NCBI RefSeq assembly: GCF_032062105.1
Contig: NW_026937682.1
Span: forward strand, 1 to 64,000
From: Saccostrea cucullata
Lineage: Eukaryota
Length of the DNA: 64,000 bases
Reading direction: 5' to 3'
Below the pieces are notes generated by a model. That model made no database searches. It had not been told where the DNA came from and saw only the letters and a list, made by a program, of their open reading frames with translations. Shown here one piece after another: positions 60,252-64,000 of the stretch. The translations under genes and the position numbers were made by a program. Position 1 is the first letter of the stretch, and every line of letters begins with the position of its first letter.

Positions 60252-60368
60252 TTTCACATAGAGCACAGTCGTTACCGCAAAATATTGAAACAGAAAAATA
60301 ATTATAACTGTTCGACAAATAATTTCCAATGAAAATATTTTGCGGTAACGAGTGTGCTCATGGTGAAA
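60252..60368. repeat. Short foldback (26-bp arms, 47-nt spacer)
   Basis: GAGCACAGTCGTTACCGCAAAATATT (60261-60286) vs AATATTTTGCGGTAACGAGTGTGCTC (60334-60359), 25/26 complementary. Confidence 0.8.
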
Positions 60369-63330
60369 AAAAATAAAATGAAATGTCAACGCGTGTAAAA
60401 ATGCTATGATCATGAACCACCATACATGTATTTGTCTTTATCTTTTATACAAACTTTAAAGGATCAATTAGAAAGGTGTATAATATTGATTATGTAAGTG
60501 GATGGACACTCATATCACACAAGTAAGAAAATGTCAACTGAGGCACCTATAGACACGTCTGACTACTGGAATAAATATGATGGCTTCAGTCTAAAAACAT
60601 ATCCGTTAAAAATGCCGATTTATCGACAGTTCTTTTTCCAAAATTAGATTGATTTACAGACAAGTACAACTTTCAACTTACTATATGTATGACTATCGCA
60701 AATATAAACTTTCATGTCAATTATTATGTTTGTTTATGACTGTGACGAGTATAGAGTTAAATCTAAACTTTGTTATCAAGAATTGGTAATTTTTTAGTGA
60801 CAGTCAGTGATTCATTGGTAGGTCATAGGACATAAAATAAATAGATAACACACATGGTGATAGAAAAAAAACCAGTCAATTGTTCATTGAAGGCAATAAA
60901 TGTGGCAAAGAATTTAAAAATTACATTTCTGAAATCAAAGGAAAACAAACTTATGAGTTCACAGTTGTACATGACGTTACTCGGTGTACGTCATTTTTGA
61001 CGTCATAATAGATGCAGTCATTGGGAATCATCGGCAGGGAGAAATGGGGAAAATTCTTTTTTTTTTAAGAGATACATGTAGTTTTCTGTCGCTTTGTTAA
61101 ATTCATTTAGTTGAAACGGGAAATTATCTATATTATTAAAAAAATTAACAACTCTGTAAACTGGATTCAACGTAGAACTCGTGTGTGTGTTTACATAAAA
61201 TGCACATGTTCGCTTTAACAAATCCGCACGTCGATGCATACAATACATATATTTGTATTAGTATCACATGTAGCATCAATATATATTAATCAGTTTTTTT
61301 TTATTTCAAATCCTAAAAAAACATTCATTTCACTACATAAAACCCGCGTATATAATTTTTATGCACTTGCATAACGTGAAAAATAATTTTTAGCTTTCTT
61401 CAAAAGTATTATGAAGAAGTGGTAAAAACAATTTTGTTTTCAGAAACAAGAGCTGAATTTAAAATATATGACCCTAGATAGTGTTTATTATTATTTATGA
61501 AAGAACATCAAATCAAAGATCCTTCTTTGGCCACTATAGTGTTTCTCATATCAAATATTCTGTATTTTAATTTTTTTACATGTAGATCAACATTCAAAAT
61601 TGCCCCTGCATTGTTATGGCTTAGGGTGGGGGGGTGGAGTAGGGGGACTATATCTTCCTCTGCATTTAATATCTGAAAATCGCTGGATTCGCTACTACGA
61701 AGATTAGTAGTTTATCCCTATACGATTAGAAGAGGTCACGGGGGGGGGGGGTCCATGCTTTGACATAAATTATACGTTCATTACATACAATTATATGAGC
61801 ATTATTGTGAACTACAGGATTTGTCAAAAATATATTTAAAAATTATATAATTTACTGTAACATTTTCTTTAAAAAATTATTTTTAAAAGATAGAACTTTG
61901 TATATGTTCGTCCTTTGTATAACCCCCCCCCCTTCTTTTCTGAAATTGCTTACTAAGACCATAAATGTGTTTTCTATTTCAAGAAAAACTGAGACTATTT
62001 TACACTTTCCTCTTATAAATGCTGTCTATAATAAGGTCTTATTAAGGAGCCTTTTTCGGGTAAAATCAATCTTTCCCTGTGTTTTACGTGTAGTAAAATA
62101 TTAATGTCTGTACTTGTATTTCACTTTTTATTTTGACACGTACTTATGAAAATTACATACGCATGGAAATCATAATGTGAAAATGAAATGGAAAGTAATA
62201 AACGATAAGCTAGCAATGCATAATTAAAAAAAAAACATAATAAAATTATAAAATGTAAGTCAATCGATAACAATGTATTAACAACACACTACAAATACCG
62301 TACTCCATACATAAAATTTTTTACTGGATTAAACATGACCCAGCGATTGACTGGTTCGCGAAGATGAGAAAAATTATCTGTGAGATTGAGGTGTGCGCGA
62401 ATCTCGCGGATATTTCTCGCTTGCCTGTGAAAATTTATTAACAGCTGAGGCCTAATATTCGCGAGTGCTCGCCAAGTTATTAAAAATGTATAGAAAAAAG
62501 GTCCTTTCAACTATTGTGTACATGTACTTCTTTTCAAGTAATGTACTGGTATTTAGACCTAGATTTTTATCGCAAATCTCGCTTCAAAGTATACCCTAAA
62601 ACAAGTGTTTTAATTGGTTGATTAGGACCCGCCCACTCTCGCGCGGAAAGCGTTGTTGACTTTCTGAAAGAAAAAAAAAACAACAAACAGACTATGAAAA
62701 AGTTTTTTAGCATGTGATATATTCCTTACGCAGACGATACATGGATATCATTCGATGGCACACACTATTTCATTTCATCCTAAATGTATTTCTGCCGATT
62801 TCCTATTGACGACATTTTACACTTTAAAAGTTTTTTTCTGTGCGACTTTTCAGTGCATTAAGAATATTTTCTCCATGTTTTAGTCATAAGTGAGCTATTT
62901 CATTGCGTTGGCAAACACATTTAAAATGGGGTATTACTGGAAATCATGTAATTACCCAGCTGGTAGCGGACATCTTGTTATTCAGTGGAAAAAAAATAAA
63001 ATCATAATCATAGGTGGTAAAACGCGTAAAACATCGGATTTATTCTAAAGTTTACTGTTTTATTGTCAATACCGTCAAAAATACCATATGTTTTAAATGC
63101 ATCTGTGCTACTACGTTCCCATTTCAACGGTCGCCATGGCAATAAACATGCGACCAGAAAAATCTAGATCTTTGTTCTTTTTTGCGGGAAGTGAAATTTT
63201 TACTGTTATGGCGAATGTTATTCATTAAAAATATGAAATATTACTTATAATTCATGTTAAAAAATAATAAATGTAACAACATTTACCAAATCTAAGTACG
63301 TTTTGTTTTTATTGGTGCATTGAGGAAAAA

Positions 63331-63365
63331 ACAAGAGGCCCATGGGCCTTATAGGTCACCTGAGC
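63331..63365 (+). mobile_element. Isolated 5' end of a HINE-like element
   Basis: ACAAGAGGCCCATGGGCCT (14-bp palindrome) followed by GGTCACCTGAGC, resembling the hairpin arm at ~59981. Confidence 0.45.
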
Positions 63366-64000
63366 ATTATGCAACAACTTTCCAGTGATTGAATTTAATC
63401 AATGTTTTAAGCCAGATGCTATAGCATTTGTAAACAATTTTGATCATCATACACTTAGCAGTTGCTTAGTTTGGTTAATTAATACCCATAGGCAGGGTAA
63501 GGGAACAAAATATTCATTTCAACAAATCAATAATATTTAAGAAATGAATTTAATTTTTGAAGATTAATGAGGTTATGAACTACGACGCTTCACGCCGGCA
63601 TATTTCATGAAGCGCGTTAGTTAAAAAAATATTTTTTTTCTAATTCTATTCATTCAGAATTATCATCTTTATTGATTATGAAGATGATAAGATAAATATA
63701 AAGTTGATTCCAATTATTGCATTTTAAAAGTCCTATATTCCTATATATCTGTGCATTGTAATAGCAAGGTCATTCTATCGCTAATTGACGTGACGTTACA
63801 TTACAAAAAATGACGTTCCTATTGCATTTTTCTATTAAAACATTGCCATATTGCAAGACCTCGTTTTTAAAAAGTATAATAGATATTGAAAAAAGAAAAA
63901 CGGTTATGAAAAGCTTAAAGTCTATACTATCTATGATAAAAATCGCGTTAATATCTTGCAAGAGGCATTTTTTGATGGTTCGTGGACTTTGCTCTTTCGA

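Overview
AT-rich, repeat-dominated animal genomic DNA. The repeat families (Helentron/HINE ends, a Cg170-like satellite, a tRNA-headed SINE) suggest an oyster or related bivalve; this is an inference. No complete host gene is evident. The main feature is a ~12.1 kb, left-truncated, decaying endogenous Maverick/Polinton (polintovirus/adintovirus-type) element on the minus strand (5644-17754). It keeps one intact AGTAGT terminus and encodes, in order: a pseudogenised protein-primed PolB, a packaging ATPase, two paralogous basic core-like proteins, a conserved unknown protein, a chromodomain integrase, a small membrane protein, an internally duplicated orphan, a minor capsid, a QxGxG core protein and a truncated major capsid. 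Reading the DNA directly shows structure the ORF track hides. Seven genes share a TATAAA-N25/26-TCA(G/T)T core promoter with almost invariant spacing. Three genes are chained by ATGA stop/start overlaps. One frameshift hides a fused core protein with an H1-like tail and a C2H2 finger. Other elements: an intron-containing DD35D pogo transposon inside a nested TIR stack (2017-5548); a Tx1/L1 LINE with a 14-bp TSD (24993-32597) interrupted by a CR1-type LINE with a degenerate 2A motif; a 4.4 kb CACTA-ended element carrying a 5S-rRNA-like Pol III promoter block; many MITEs, HINEs and satellites; and a strong excess of the palindrome TACATGTA. All calls come from reading the sequence and recalled family motifs; no searches were run.
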